Of a stretch of DNA of 64,000 bases, positions 26,527 through 36,679 are shown piece after piece. Below the pieces are notes generated by a model, which ran no database searches, was not told the origin of the DNA, and saw only the letters and a program-made list of their open reading frames with translations. The DNA lies in the NCBI GenBank assembly GCA_963706955.1, contig CAVPOC010000003.1:544001-608000 (forward strand). Reading direction: 5' to 3'. Numbering within the stretch: position 1 is the stretch's first letter; the number at the start of each line of letters is the position of its first letter. The DNA is from an uncultured Verrucomicrobiae bacterium (GTDB lineage Bacteria; Verrucomicrobiota; Verrucomicrobiia; Chthoniobacterales; Terrimicrobiaceae). Made by a program: the position numbers and the translations under genes.

Positions 26527-28668
26527 TTGAACCTCTCGGCCTGGGTACTCGTCGGAGCGGCCGTCGGTGCCCTCTGCGGCTTATTCTTCGGAGAATATGC
26601 GGCCGTGCTGGAGCCGATCGGTGGGGTGTATGTATCGCTCCTGGAGATGGTGGTGTTCCCATTCATCGTCAGTTCGTTACTGCATGGGCTTGGTAGCTTG
26701 CGCTCCGCCACAGCGCTCAGGTTGTTGCGAGCCGGCTGGCCGGCGTTCCTCCTCGCGTGGGGCGGCACATTGGCCGCTTTGTGGCTGCTGGCTCAAGCAA
26801 TTCCTGAGGCCCGTCCACCCATCGTCGTCACCGCGGATCGAGGCCAAGGCGCTTCGCAACTAGTCTCGCTGTTGATTCCGGCAAATCCGTTTGTCGACCT
26901 CAGCCGGAACTACGTGCCAGCGATTGTGGTATTCTGCGTTTTTTACGGTATCGCGATCCAACGGATTGAGAACAAGCAAGGCGTTCTGAGCGGACTGGAA
27001 GTCGTTAAACAGGCCTCGGTCACGATTTGGAAATGGGTGGTGCGCATGGCCCCGGTTGGTGTTTTCGCTCTGTTCGCGGACCTCGCGGGGACGATCCGAC
27101 TGGAAGTTGTCGGAAACCTTTTCCTCTACGTTATCCTCTTTATTGGCGGTGCTTTGATCCTCGCGTTTTGGGTGATCCCATCGCTGATTGCTGCCCTGGT
27201 TCCCATCGGTCATCGCGAACTGCTCAAGGAGCTGAACAGCGCCATTGTCATCGCCGTCGTCACCTCATTGCCGGTCACCTCCGTGCCATACATCGTTCAG
27301 ATGACTGAACGTCTGGCGGCCCGTTGCCAGGTTAAAGACGCGGATCGTGGTGAGATCATCTCGACCACCATGGGGGTCAGCTATCCGCTCGCTCAGCTGG
27401 GAAATCTGTTTGTATTCCTCTTCATTGTTTTCGCCGCGTTCTATTTCCACGCGGCCTTGCAAGGCGCGGCATGGATGGCTCTGCCGCTGCTCACGGTCTT
27501 GTCAACGGTGGGGACGCCGGTCTCGACCGTGGATGCGGTTGAGTTCTTTGCCAATTGGCTCCGTCTACCCGCAGATGCCCAGCTCCTCTACGTTGAGATG
27601 ATGACCTTGACACGTTACCCACAGGTTCTGGTGTCGACGATGGGTCTCGCCTTCATTACCATTTTGGTGCCGCTCTCCTACTACGGCGTTACGAAGATAC
27701 AGCCGCGCAAGCTGGCGGTATCCGTAATCATCAGCATTCTGCTGCTCGGCGGACTTACGCTGGCTAGCCGGGCCGTCCACACCGTTCTGGCTGAAAAGCA
27801 ACAGAATCCCTATTTGCACTTTACCCTGGAAGAAAATCTCGTTGGGGCGACCGAGGTGGCTTTGCATCGCGAAGCATTGCCAGTCGTCGAACCTGTTGGC
27901 CCGCCGACGCTGGACCGCATTCGCCAAACGGGCCGGCTCCGAGTCGGCTTTGGCCCGCACGTCATACCGTTCAGCTACTTCAATGCAACAAGCGAGCTAG
28001 TCGGCTATGACATCGCCTTTGCGTATGCCTTGGCACGCGACCTCGGCGTCAACTTGGAACTGATTCCAATCACCGATTGGGCGACCCTAAGCGACGATCT
28101 CAAAGCAGGACGCTACGACCTCGCCCTCGGGGGAGTCTACGTCACCGACGAGCGGCTGCAGGCGCTCACGGTCTCCAAGCCCTATCTGCAAAGCCAGTTG
28201 GCGCTGATCGTTCGCTCCAACAAAGCTCCCAGGTTCCTGAATGGTCCAAGTATCAAACGAGAGAAAGGCCTGAAAATCGCGATCTTTAAAAGCGACATCC
28301 TGGAACCGATGGTCCGGACGCTGTTTCCTCAAGCTGAAGTGGTGGTCGTCCCCGACTATGACGTATTGCTTCGCGACAACAGCATTGATGCGGCGCTCTG
28401 GACTTTCGAACAGGCCAGAGCGTGGGCGGCGGCGAATCCAGGCTTCTCTGCGGTCCGCCCGACCGATTTTGGCGCGCCGCTTTTGATCGCCTACCTAATG
28501 CCACCAAACTCGGACGAATTTGCGAATTTTATCAATCAGTGGCTGGACTTGCAGAGGGCAAACGGCTTCGAGCAGCGGATGAAAGAGTACTGGCTCGAGG
28601 GAAAGCCGCGAGTCGATCAACAACCGCGCTGGAGCATCATGCGCAACGTGCTCCATTGGGTGGACTGA
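26527..28668 (+). CDS. Dicarboxylate/amino acid:cation symporter fused to a family-3 substrate-binding domain
   Basis: N-terminal multi-TM GltP-like region (LIPANPF, MAPVGVFAL); C-terminal LDRIR..G.LRVG...PFSY...LVGYDI. Confidence 0.85.
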   Translation: MNLSAWVLVGAAVGALCGLFFGEYAAVLEPIGGVYVSLLEMVVFPFIVSSLLHGLGSLRSATALRLLRAGWPAFLLAWGGTLAALWLLAQAIPEARPPIVVTADRGQGASQLVSLLIPANPFVDLSRNYVPAIVVFCVFYGIAIQRIENKQGVLSGLEVVKQASVTIWKWVVRMAPVGVFALFADLAGTIRLEVVGNLFLYVILFIGGALILAFWVIPSLIAALVPIGHRELLKELNSAIVIAVVTSLPVTSVPYIVQMTERLAARCQVKDADRGEIISTTMGVSYPLAQLGNLFVFLFIVFAAFYFHAALQGAAWMALPLLTVLSTVGTPVSTVDAVEFFANWLRLPADAQLLYVEMMTLTRYPQVLVSTMGLAFITILVPLSYYGVTKIQPRKLAVSVIISILLLGGLTLASRAVHTVLAEKQQNPYLHFTLEENLVGATEVALHREALPVVEPVGPPTLDRIRQTGRLRVGFGPHVIPFSYFNATSELVGYDIAFAYALARDLGVNLELIPITDWATLSDDLKAGRYDLALGGVYVTDERLQALTVSKPYLQSQLALIVRSNKAPRFLNGPSIKREKGLKIAIFKSDILEPMVRTLFPQAEVVVVPDYDVLLRDNSIDAALWTFEQARAWAAANPGFSAVRPTDFGAPLLIAYLMPPNSDEFANFINQWLDLQRANGFEQRMKEYWLEGKPRVDQQPRWSIMRNVLHWVD

Positions 28669-28683
28669 GGCGCTATCCACTTC

Positions 28684-28865
28684 ATCCACAGATTTCGCAG
28701 ATTACACAGATTCATATCTGAGAGAACTCGTCGGCGTGCGCTGCTTACACTGGGTCGCTCGGTCCCTAGCGCCTAAGGCAACCTCTTCTCAGCTATGAGC
28801 TCAACCACGAACTTGCCTTGCGTGCTTCCCTTCTTATTCTGTGTAAATCAGTGAAATCTGTGGAT
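28684..28865. repeat. ~180-bp element bounded by inverted CACAGATT 9-mer triplets (family C)
   Basis: Left end ATCCACAGATTTCGCAGATTACACAGA; right end reverse complement ATCCACAGATTTCACTGATTTACACAGA; single arms at 30240 and 42738. Confidence 0.75.
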
Positions 28866-28875
28866 AAAATGCGGC

Positions 28876-29283
28876 CTAGTCGTGACGAGTCACTCGGGTC
28901 GAGTTGCAATTTCGCAGGATCTGAATAGCCTGCTCGGCACGCTCAGGCTCGGTCTTCACGAAGACAAACTTTCCGTCGTGAATAAACGCCGTGGCATATC
29001 CACCGATCACATCGTGAGACAAGTTATAGCGCCCCAACTGGGCCTTGAACGCCTCGACAATGGTGCGACGATCCGGCTTCGATATCAAATTCGGTGCGTT
29101 CTCCCCCAAGGCCCTCTCCGGAGCGGAGCCCGGCGCTCGGAACGGGATAGCACCGGCACTCCCGGGCTGTTCTGCTACGATCGCCTCATCAAGAACGGTG
29201 TCCTCGAATCCGGCGGCAGCTAATTGCTCAATAGCCTTTTCGACATTCCAAGCGTCATCAAATATTCCAACAATCGTCGTCAT
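28876..29283 (-). CDS. Hypothetical protein (general-stress-protein-like fold possible)
   Basis: TIVGIFDD...AIEQL..AGF and V.V....AEQA.QIL pattern. Confidence 0.65.
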   Translation of the reverse strand: MTTIVGIFDDAWNVEKAIEQLAAAGFEDTVLDEAIVAEQPGSAGAIPFRAPGSAPERALGENAPNLISKPDRRTIVEAFKAQLGRYNLSHDVIGGYATAFIHDGKFVFVKTEPERAEQAIQILRNCNSTRVTRHD

Positions 29284-29389
29284 AATTCCTCGACTTTTCG
29301 ACGAGTTCCTCGCCTTGTTGATTTTGCTTCAGTTAGCAAACTGTATAGTTATTGCCGCTTTGGATCGCCTCGGATCTGTCCATCCCGAA

Positions 29390-30211
29390 ATGAGTGTCGA
29401 ATATCTTGCCACAGGCTTTGCTGACGTAGACAGCGCAGCCGAGAGCGACTGCTATTCGGGCTGCTTGTCTCTTCTCGATTCTCTTCCTTACTTCAAGGAA
29501 TACAAACAGAAATCATACGAGTTGCTCGAGCTCGGCCCACGTCAATGCGTTTTGGACGCCGGTTGCGGCCTCGGTGACGACGTGTTCAGGATGGCCGAAT
29601 TGATAATCCCAGACGGGCTTGTGGTTGGAGTGGATTCAAGCGCCAAATTTGTGAGCAAAGCTAAATCCGACGAGCGCAGCGCGGCATTGCCGGTTGAATT
29701 TCATGTTGGCGACTTACGGAAACTGCCGTTCATTGACCAGACTTTCACTCGCTGCAGAATAGATCGGGCTTTACAGCATATCCCGCAGCCACAAGTGGCA
29801 ATATCCGAACTCGTGCGCGTCCTTAAACCTCAAGGTATTCTCCTGGCGTATGACAACGACTGGGGGACATTTTCGATAACGTCACAGGACAAACGGGTCA
29901 CTCGATTGCTAGAGAATGCCTGGTGCGATTCCTTTGCTAATAGCTGGATCGGTCGAGAGCTGGGCAGATACTTCCGCGAAGCAGGTGTCGACGACATCAA
30001 AATCTACCCAAGTGTGTCGCTAATATCGGATTTCGATATGGCCGACAAGGTTTACAACCTAACGCAAACGGCTGAGCGGGCGATTGCAGCAGGACAAATC
30101 TCCGAACTGGAAGCGTCTACCTGGTTGGCTGAACTTCGCGCCAGAGCGCGATCAGGATGTTTTGTCGCGGCATTGACAGCGTATACGGTGGTGGGGCGAA
30201 AACCTTTATGA
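29390..30211 (+). CDS. Class I SAM-dependent methyltransferase
   Basis: VLDAGCGLGDD, RIDRALQH and RVLKPQG..L...DNDW motifs; ATG at 29390. Confidence 0.88.
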   Translation: MSVEYLATGFADVDSAAESDCYSGCLSLLDSLPYFKEYKQKSYELLELGPRQCVLDAGCGLGDDVFRMAELIIPDGLVVGVDSSAKFVSKAKSDERSAALPVEFHVGDLRKLPFIDQTFTRCRIDRALQHIPQPQVAISELVRVLKPQGILLAYDNDWGTFSITSQDKRVTRLLENAWCDSFANSWIGRELGRYFREAGVDDIKIYPSVSLISDFDMADKVYNLTQTAERAIAAGQISELEASTWLAELRARARSGCFVAALTAYTVVGRKPL

Positions 30212-30363
30212 AGTATCAAAGAATCGGATTAGCTGGACAATCCACCGATTTCGCAGATTTCACAGATGAATACCGATAGAAGTCGTTGAAGCCGACGATA
30301 CTGAAACGGAGCGGAGGTTGCCAATGGAACAATCCCTGCCTCAGCTCTCAACACTCAACCATT

Positions 30364-30759
30364 TTATTGGCCGCGCCGCAGGCAGATCCAATGAGCGCTG
30401 ACAAACACGATATGCAGGACTGTCGTGATCACGCCCATGGGGATCACGTTTAGTTGAACGAAAGATGACCAATAGAGCAGGTTGGAACATCCGAGCAACA
30501 AGTGAACGACAAGCCCAACGCGATGCCACAGGGAACGGTCCGGCAGACTGGCAGCGCGAATCAACAGAATGGCGAATATGATGGCGAGTCCGTGCGCCTC
30601 GAAGCCACCGATCGTGTACGGGGAACCCTTCGTTTGCGCCAACGGACCAAAGCCAAGAAAATGGCCAACCGTTTCCATGATCATGGCCGCTCCACCGGCG
30701 AGCAGCAGAAAGCCCCCGTCGAACTGCAGGACCTTGCGACTGAGGGCCGCCGCAGTCAT
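30364..30759 (-). CDS. Hypothetical multi-TM membrane protein
   Basis: About four hydrophobic segments; GGFEAHGLA motif. Confidence 0.65.
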   Translation of the reverse strand: MTAAALSRKVLQFDGGFLLLAGGAAMIMETVGHFLGFGPLAQTKGSPYTIGGFEAHGLAIIFAILLIRAASLPDRSLWHRVGLVVHLLLGCSNLLYWSSFVQLNVIPMGVITTVLHIVFVSAHWICLRRGQ

Positions 30760-30909
30760 CGGTCGGAACAGAAGCACTCCACGGTGATGGCATCCACAAG
30801 CAAACAGGTAGCACAGTTCTCTTCTGCATTGCCAGTCTGCGAACGCCTCGCGCAAACGTGAAAAGGAGATTTCCGGCCGGAGTCGTGTCGCCACCGGGCG
30901 AGGTGGTTA

Positions 30910-30967
30910 TGTAGCGGCGATGTCCTCATCGTCGCAGGCTTCGGCGGGTGGCGACACCGCCGCTACA
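30910..30967. repeat. REP doublet (family A)
   Basis: TGTAGCGGCGATGTCCTCATCGTCG...GACACCGCCGCTACA. Confidence 0.75.
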
Positions 30968-31039
30968 ACATGGGTTCTCCGAGGCTGCAATGCTTAGTTC
31001 CGTCCCAACTGACAGCGCATGCAGCCGAATCAAAGTATT

Positions 31040-31736
31040 AGCTTTCAACTGTTCTTCGGGTTTCCTCCCTAATAAGATCGGCAATATATTTCCGGGACTG
31101 GCATTTCGGTGTCGTAATATGGCGGCAGGGATTTCGCAGGTGTCCAGATCGCAATAGATCGTCCGCTTTGGAAAATACTCGAAGAGGAGCTGGACCCTTC
31201 CGGCCTCGTCCTTGCCGGCGATTTCGGCAATCAGTTCAAAAGCCAGATCGATTCCGCTGGAGACCCCCCCGCTCGTCCAAACATTGCCGCTTTTTACGAC
31301 TCTCTCTTCCTGAACATCGACATCCTTAAGCTGCTCTTAGTTCTGCGAGAGCGCGCCAATAAGTTGTGACAGGTTTATTCCTTAGTAAGCCTGCCTTGTG
31401 CAAAAGAAACATTCCGGTGCAGACAGAGATGATCTTGTCGGCTGTCGCGGCCTTTGCCTTGATGAAGGCAATGAGACGTTTGTTATCGACCTGCTCGCGG
31501 CGTCCCCGGCCTCCCGGCACAATAAGGTAGTCGAGATCCGGGCAATCGTCGAAAGTGCAGTGGGCGCTAAGGATGATATCATCATCACATTTCACTAGGC
31601 CTCCCTTTTCAGAGACAAGATACATGTCGATCGGGGCATCAAGCACTTTCTTCCATATGGCGAGCACTTCCCAGGGGCCGATGACGTCCATCGGCTGAAC
31701 ATTTTCATAGATAACCAGACCTAAGTTTTTTGCCAT
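31040..31736 (-). CDS. DJ-1/PfpI family protein, frameshifted (probable sequence error)
   Basis: LIVPGG.G and SVCTG; continues after ~31330 in another frame as ERVVKSGNVWTSGGVSSGIDLA...VQLLFEY.P; 3' end approximate. Confidence 0.8.
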
Positions 31737-31983
31737 GGCGGAGCTTAAACAAATCGTAGTTCCATGTCGCGAACGAAAGCCGCGCCGCCCAAATGCCTGG
31801 AGAACTTCACGCTTGATTTCGGGGAAAATGTCTCGCGGCGCGCATACCTACAATGGGGGGCGCCTAAGGCGCTCAAAGAAACGTCTTCTTATTCCGCTCG
31901 ATAGCGTCTTGCAGAAAGGAAGGGTTTCGGCTGAGATCGAAGCTCGCCCCAGAATTTATCCCCAATCCACCTAGATACCACAT

Positions 31984-32247
31984 ATGCCATACCTCGTTGT
32001 TCGCCACAAAGTCGCTGATTTCTCGAAGTGGAAACCTGTTTATGACAGCCATTTGCCGGCTCGGCAAAAAGCCGGCCTGAAGGAAGTGCATCTCCTCCGC
32101 AATATCGACGATCCAAACGAGGTGGTTCTTTTATTCGAGGCAGAGGACGTGCAAAAGGCTAGAGACTTCGCCGCCAGCTCAGATTTGAGGGAAACGATGC
32201 AACGATCCGGGGTGGTTGACAGACCGGATGCTTACTTCCTCGAATAG
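31984..32247 (+). CDS. Small dimeric alpha-beta barrel (ABM/cyclase-like) protein
   Basis: VRHKVADF.KWK..YD, DDPNEV..LFE and L.E.M..SGV...P pattern. Confidence 0.75.
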   Translation: MPYLVVRHKVADFSKWKPVYDSHLPARQKAGLKEVHLLRNIDDPNEVVLLFEAEDVQKARDFAASSDLRETMQRSGVVDRPDAYFLE

Positions 32248-32288
32248 GGAGCCGAGGAGGGGTTTAACTCGATGTCCTCTCAAGCCTC

Positions 32289-32819
32289 TTAAAAACCATC
32301 GACCTGGGGAATAGCTTCGACACGCGGGTGTTTCATCGCGCGATGTCTGGCGGCGAGCTCGCGCCGCAGCGCTTTGCGCAACTTTGCCTCCTCGAAGCGG
32401 CGGCGCTCGTTCGGTGTGGAAGGCTTGAAGGGCGGCACCGCCGTTGGTTTGCCCGCCTCGTCCATTGCCACCATGGTGAAATAGCATCTGTTCGCGTGGC
32501 GGGCGACATGGGTGCGAATGTTTTCCGCGATCACCTTGATGCCGATCTCTAGCGAAGAGTTGCCGGTGTAGTTGACGGAAGCGAGGAAGGTAACCAGCTC
32601 GCCGACATGGATCGGCTCCCGGAAGGTGACTTGGTCGACTGACAAGGTAACCACATACCGCCCCGCATAGCGGCTGGCACAAGCATAGGCCACTTGATCC
32701 AACAGCTTGAGGATCGCGCCGCCATGCACATTGCCTGTGAAGTTAGCCATGTCTGGCGTCATCAACAACGTCATGGCAAGCTGATGCTCCGGGAGATTCG
32801 CGACTCCATTTATGTTCAT
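32289..32819 (-). CDS. Acyl-CoA thioesterase (hotdog fold, YciA-like)
   Basis: ANF.GNVHGG.ILK.LD.VA and VNYTG.SS.EIGI motifs. Confidence 0.92.
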   Translation of the reverse strand: MNINGVANLPEHQLAMTLLMTPDMANFTGNVHGGAILKLLDQVAYACASRYAGRYVVTLSVDQVTFREPIHVGELVTFLASVNYTGNSSLEIGIKVIAENIRTHVARHANRCYFTMVAMDEAGKPTAVPPFKPSTPNERRRFEEAKLRKALRRELAARHRAMKHPRVEAIPQVDGF

Positions 32820-32967
32820 TCGCATGGAGCTGACTCTTGATCGTTCATCCGGGGATTTCAAGATTGCTGAAGGCGGCGAGGCCGGCGCGGCAAATGCTTT
32901 ATTTCCACTCACGGCGGTGGGCCCACCTAGGCGCGCCCTGGCGGGGATACCGCCGCGACAAGATGCC

Positions 32968-33771
32968 CTAGTTGAGCGTTCGCTCGCGCACCGACGTAAT
33001 TTCGAAGCCACTTGAGGTTTTCTGCAGCTTCACGGTTTTGACTGCCGTGCCCGTCCTTTCTTGTTCCTGGTTCTTGACGGCGTATTTGATTCGATATTGC
33101 ACCTCGAGCGGATCTGCTTGGGGATCGTTGAGAACTCGAATGTCACCAACCAGCCAATATCGCCGTGTGGGCCATTTCTGATTGTAGCGGCGAATGTCCC
33201 TTCCGATGAAGTCCCTCGTGACCACACCGCTGTCATAGTAATTCGCCTTTGGTGCATAAAATTGAAGCTCCGCTTCGACGTTCTCGTCGATCCCCACGAC
33301 GACAAAACCGGCAATAAAGTCACGGATCTGCTCCAATAAGTCTGCCTGCAGGGCTTGTCCGTCGGGCTGGGTTGGCTGGGTTGCGCTGGGTTGGCTGGGT
33401 TGGCTGGGTATGGCTGGGTTGGCGGCAGAATTCAACTCCTTTAGGAACTCTTTATCCTGCTGTCGTAGCTCTCGCCATGGTTCGGGACGCGTTGCGGACG
33501 ATTCGCTCGTCGTGGCCGGAGCCGGCGGCGCACTGTCAAGCCCCAACGCTTGCAGCGTTTCCTCATTGAGCTCGCCCGTGACTTCAAGCCCGCGACGGGC
33601 CTGAAAACGCGTGATCGCGGCCGCGGTTGCGTTGTCAATTTCACCAGTAACTTCTCCGAGGTAAAGCACGTGCGATTTTAGCGCCTGTTGGACTGCGGCG
33701 ATCTTCGGATCGGCGTTAACGCTCTCGAAGAAGCAGAGCATTAGCAGAGTAAATACAGAAAACGTTTTCAT
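32968..33771 (-). CDS. Secreted peptidoglycan-binding-domain protein with NTF2-like C-terminus
   Basis: Signal peptide; VQQAL...Y.G...G.....T.AAI.RFQ..RGL.VTG motif; Pro/Gln linker. Confidence 0.8.
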   Translation of the reverse strand: MKTFSVFTLLMLCFFESVNADPKIAAVQQALKSHVLYLGEVTGEIDNATAAAITRFQARRGLEVTGELNEETLQALGLDSAPPAPATTSESSATRPEPWRELRQQDKEFLKELNSAANPAIPSQPSQPSATQPTQPDGQALQADLLEQIRDFIAGFVVVGIDENVEAELQFYAPKANYYDSGVVTRDFIGRDIRRYNQKWPTRRYWLVGDIRVLNDPQADPLEVQYRIKYAVKNQEQERTGTAVKTVKLQKTSSGFEITSVRERTLN

Positions 33772-33942
33772 GGATCAATATGACATGAGCGGACATGGTC
33801 CCTCGCACCGCGCAAGTCGTCCGACATATTCCGTGCTTATGGTGATTCGAACTCGGCAAGCCGTGCGGTTGTTTCTAAAGGGGAGCGGCTTTTCGCGGTG
33901 TGAGCATGTCCAAGCTAGCCAACGCTGCTGGAGATCTCATCG

Positions 33943-35073
33943 CTACGGAACAATGATCAGACCACCAAAATCTGGCTCGGCGCCACCCGTCTTGAAGGGA
34001 CCTTGCCGGAGGCTCAGTTCGCCCGTCCGCTCGACAGCGAACGTGGTCACGCTTCCTTCCGGCTCACCTTTATTAAAGTTCGCCACCAGAAGTCGGCGCC
34101 CGTCGCGAGTGATCCCGATGGCTTCGGCACCATTGCCGGCGGTGGGCACTGGTTGTCCGAGCGTTTGAAGCGTGCCCGACGGACCCACCCGGAACGCGGC
34201 CACTGCTCCTGGCCCAGCGCCATCGGCGTAGAGTGCGAGATATAGAGCTCGCCCGTCAGGTGCGACTACGATTCCCCTCGGGCCGTCGCCGTTGGCCGGA
34301 GTGGGCGGTCCGTCGGGCGAAAGTCGACCGCCTGGCCAAGATTCTGAACCCGGCAATATCGTTCGAGATCGCGTTCGCCGCCCACAATCGCCGGCGATCT
34401 GGCGACACAGCGACGACGAACGTACCCCGACCGGCGGCCCAAGATCCAAGCCGGATCAAGCTCCCGTCCGGTCTTATGCGAAACGCAGTGACATCTCCAC
34501 TCATCATGTGCGCGACGTAGAGCGTTCTTCCATCGACACTGATCGCGGCACCTGCCGCTCCCTCGCCGCCGGTGGGGATCGTCCCGATTGACGTGGCGTT
34601 CTGGACAAGTCATAAATCGAGAGAGTGCCCGCCGCGCCACCATTAAAGTTCGTCATGAAGGCACGCCGGCCATCAGGTGAGATAACCACTTGAGCACTGT
34701 CGGTTGGGGTGGGCGGCGCTGCGGAAATACTGCCCACTGCCACCAGACCACCATTGCGCTTGACTTGGAAGTGGGAAAGCGACCCGGATCCCCACTGCGC
34801 GACATAGAGCGATCGCTTGTCACGAGACAATACTGCGCCTAACGCATTCGCCGATCCCGCCGGCCCGGGAACAACCTCCCGCAGCTCCAAAGCCCCGCCA
34901 GCAGTGAGCTGGAAGCGAGAAATCGAGTTCGACGTCCAATTGGTTACATACACTGTCGCGACACTACGGTCTTCGACGCCAGACGCGCGACCGCCGCCCG
35001 AGGAAGCCGCCAGAAGCAGAACTGCGAGGAAGAGCCACAAGGTGGTGTCACTCCTGGTGATCGAGGTCATCAT
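33943..35073 (-). CDS. Secreted lactonase-family beta-propeller, split by several frameshifts
   Basis: Signal peptide and repeated SPDGR.LY/AF blades spread over ORFs 34504-35073, 34256-34507 and 33943-34449. Confidence 0.72.
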
Positions 35074-35256
35074 CGAAGATTCTTGAGTCGATTCTCCCGG
35101 GGGCCATACGTGGATAATCCACCAGCAGATTACACGAAACCCAGGGAAACTCGAACGTTGTCAAGACTGCCTTGCAGCCCGCGATGCGTTCTAACGCTGC
35201 TCAGAACTCTCCCGTCGGAATAGACCTAGGTGCAGCCACTCGAATCGAAGCCCTCG

Positions 35257-36474
35257 CTAAGATGACGGAACCTCAAGTCGGTAAACGGCAAACGGACCTT
35301 TCTGTTTGCTTTGCCCACCGTGGTATTTAGGCATGCGATGGATTTGCGAGGTGGTGACGTAGAGTTTGCCATCCGGTCCCCACGCCAGAGTGTCGGGCCA
35401 CTGCAGCAAGTCATCTTCAATGATCGTGGTAAACTTTTGCGTGTCCGGGTCGAAACGCACGATCGCGTTCTTTTCGAATGCGGTGAGATAGACCGACCCA
35501 TTGGGCGCCTCAAGCATGCCATCCGGCTTTGGAGTAGTCGTAATTTTTTCAACTTTTGCTCCGAGCTGAGCGTCGGAAAGCGTCTCATCGAGGAGATGCT
35601 CGGTTTTGATGCGATAGAGCGTGACGCCTGTCAGTGGATGGTAGTAGAGCCAGCCTCCTTCCTTGTCAAAGGCGATACCATCCGCGTGAACATCCGGTGC
35701 TTTACCGGTCTTCGGATCGATAATTTTCATGCCGTCGACAACGATCTCCGCGCCCAGTTCGACTTTGGTGGAAGGATGATTAGCCAGGAGGCGGCGCGCT
35801 TGGCCGGTTTTCAGATCGACGACCACGATTGCTCCAGCACCGCTGTCGGTAATAAAAGCATGTCCGGTCTTTGTGTCCACGCGCACATCGTTCAGATAAG
35901 AACGTGTCGGCGCGATCGTCTCGTCGAACGGAATTGTCTGCACGACCTTGTTCGTTGAAAGATCGACCTTGACGAGCTTTGGTCCACCTTTGACCACGCC
36001 TTCGGCTTTCGGTGATGCGGGATCCAGAATCCAGAGCGCCCCTTGGTCATCAACAACCACGCTCTGAACGCAAATCCAGCGACCTTGGGGCGAACCGCTT
36101 TTGGCGTCCCAAGCCTCATCCGGAAAAGCCTTCGGCTTGCCGTCAATGATCTCAGCCACCGACACCGTGTGATCATCAGACCAGAATGGGAAGTTCACGA
36201 ATACGCGGCCCTGCGGCGAAACGGTGACGCCGGTTACCTGCTGCTTCGGAAAGGTCGCGACTTCCTCGAGCGAAGACTTCTGGGCGCGCAGAGGCAACGT
36301 GACTGCCGCGACCAGGCCGAGGAAAAGTGCCAGCCTGAACCTCGGCCGCGGCTGAATGCTGGATTTCACCTCCAGAGGGTTTCTTCCTCTAGGCGCGCGT
36401 CGGGAGAGGTATGGTAAGCATGCCCGACGGGTAAAGCTTCGACCTCCCGCTGAGAGGATTTGGCTGATGCTCAT
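35257..36474 (-). CDS. Major royal jelly/L-dopachrome tautomerase-related beta-propeller
   Basis: TGVTVS..GRVFVNFP, VQSVVVD, SYLNDVRVD, ADGIA and QWPDT motifs; start probably downstream of 36474. Confidence 0.85.
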   Translation of the reverse strand: MSISQILSAGGRSFTRRACLPYLSRRAPRGRNPLEVKSSIQPRPRFRLALFLGLVAAVTLPLRAQKSSLEEVATFPKQQVTGVTVSPQGRVFVNFPFWSDDHTVSVAEIIDGKPKAFPDEAWDAKSGSPQGRWICVQSVVVDDQGALWILDPASPKAEGVVKGGPKLVKVDLSTNKVVQTIPFDETIAPTRSYLNDVRVDTKTGHAFITDSGAGAIVVVDLKTGQARRLLANHPSTKVELGAEIVVDGMKIIDPKTGKAPDVHADGIAFDKEGGWLYYHPLTGVTLYRIKTEHLLDETLSDAQLGAKVEKITTTPKPDGMLEAPNGSVYLTAFEKNAIVRFDPDTQKFTTIIEDDLLQWPDTLAWGPDGKLYVTTSQIHRMPKYHGGQSKQKGPFAVYRLEVPSS

Positions 36475-36679
36475 GGCAATCTCTTTCGCGGATCAAAACG
36501 CTAGCGGCCTTAAAAATTGGCCTGCGCCTCGTTGCGCGCGCGTTTTACAGGGACGCTGTCCCCATCGTCGAAGGTTCCCGGCCGGGCATCGCCGCCACAA
36601 CATTCACACCGAAAACGATCCGCGCTGTCGCGCGGGGTAAGCGCAGTCCAGCGTGTCGCGGTAGCTACAAAGTACCTTC

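Noticed and set aside
33363..33422. 9-bp tandem repeat GGCTGGGTT
   Set aside because: It encodes the in-frame Pro/Ser/Gln linker of the PG-binding protein; ordinary low complexity.
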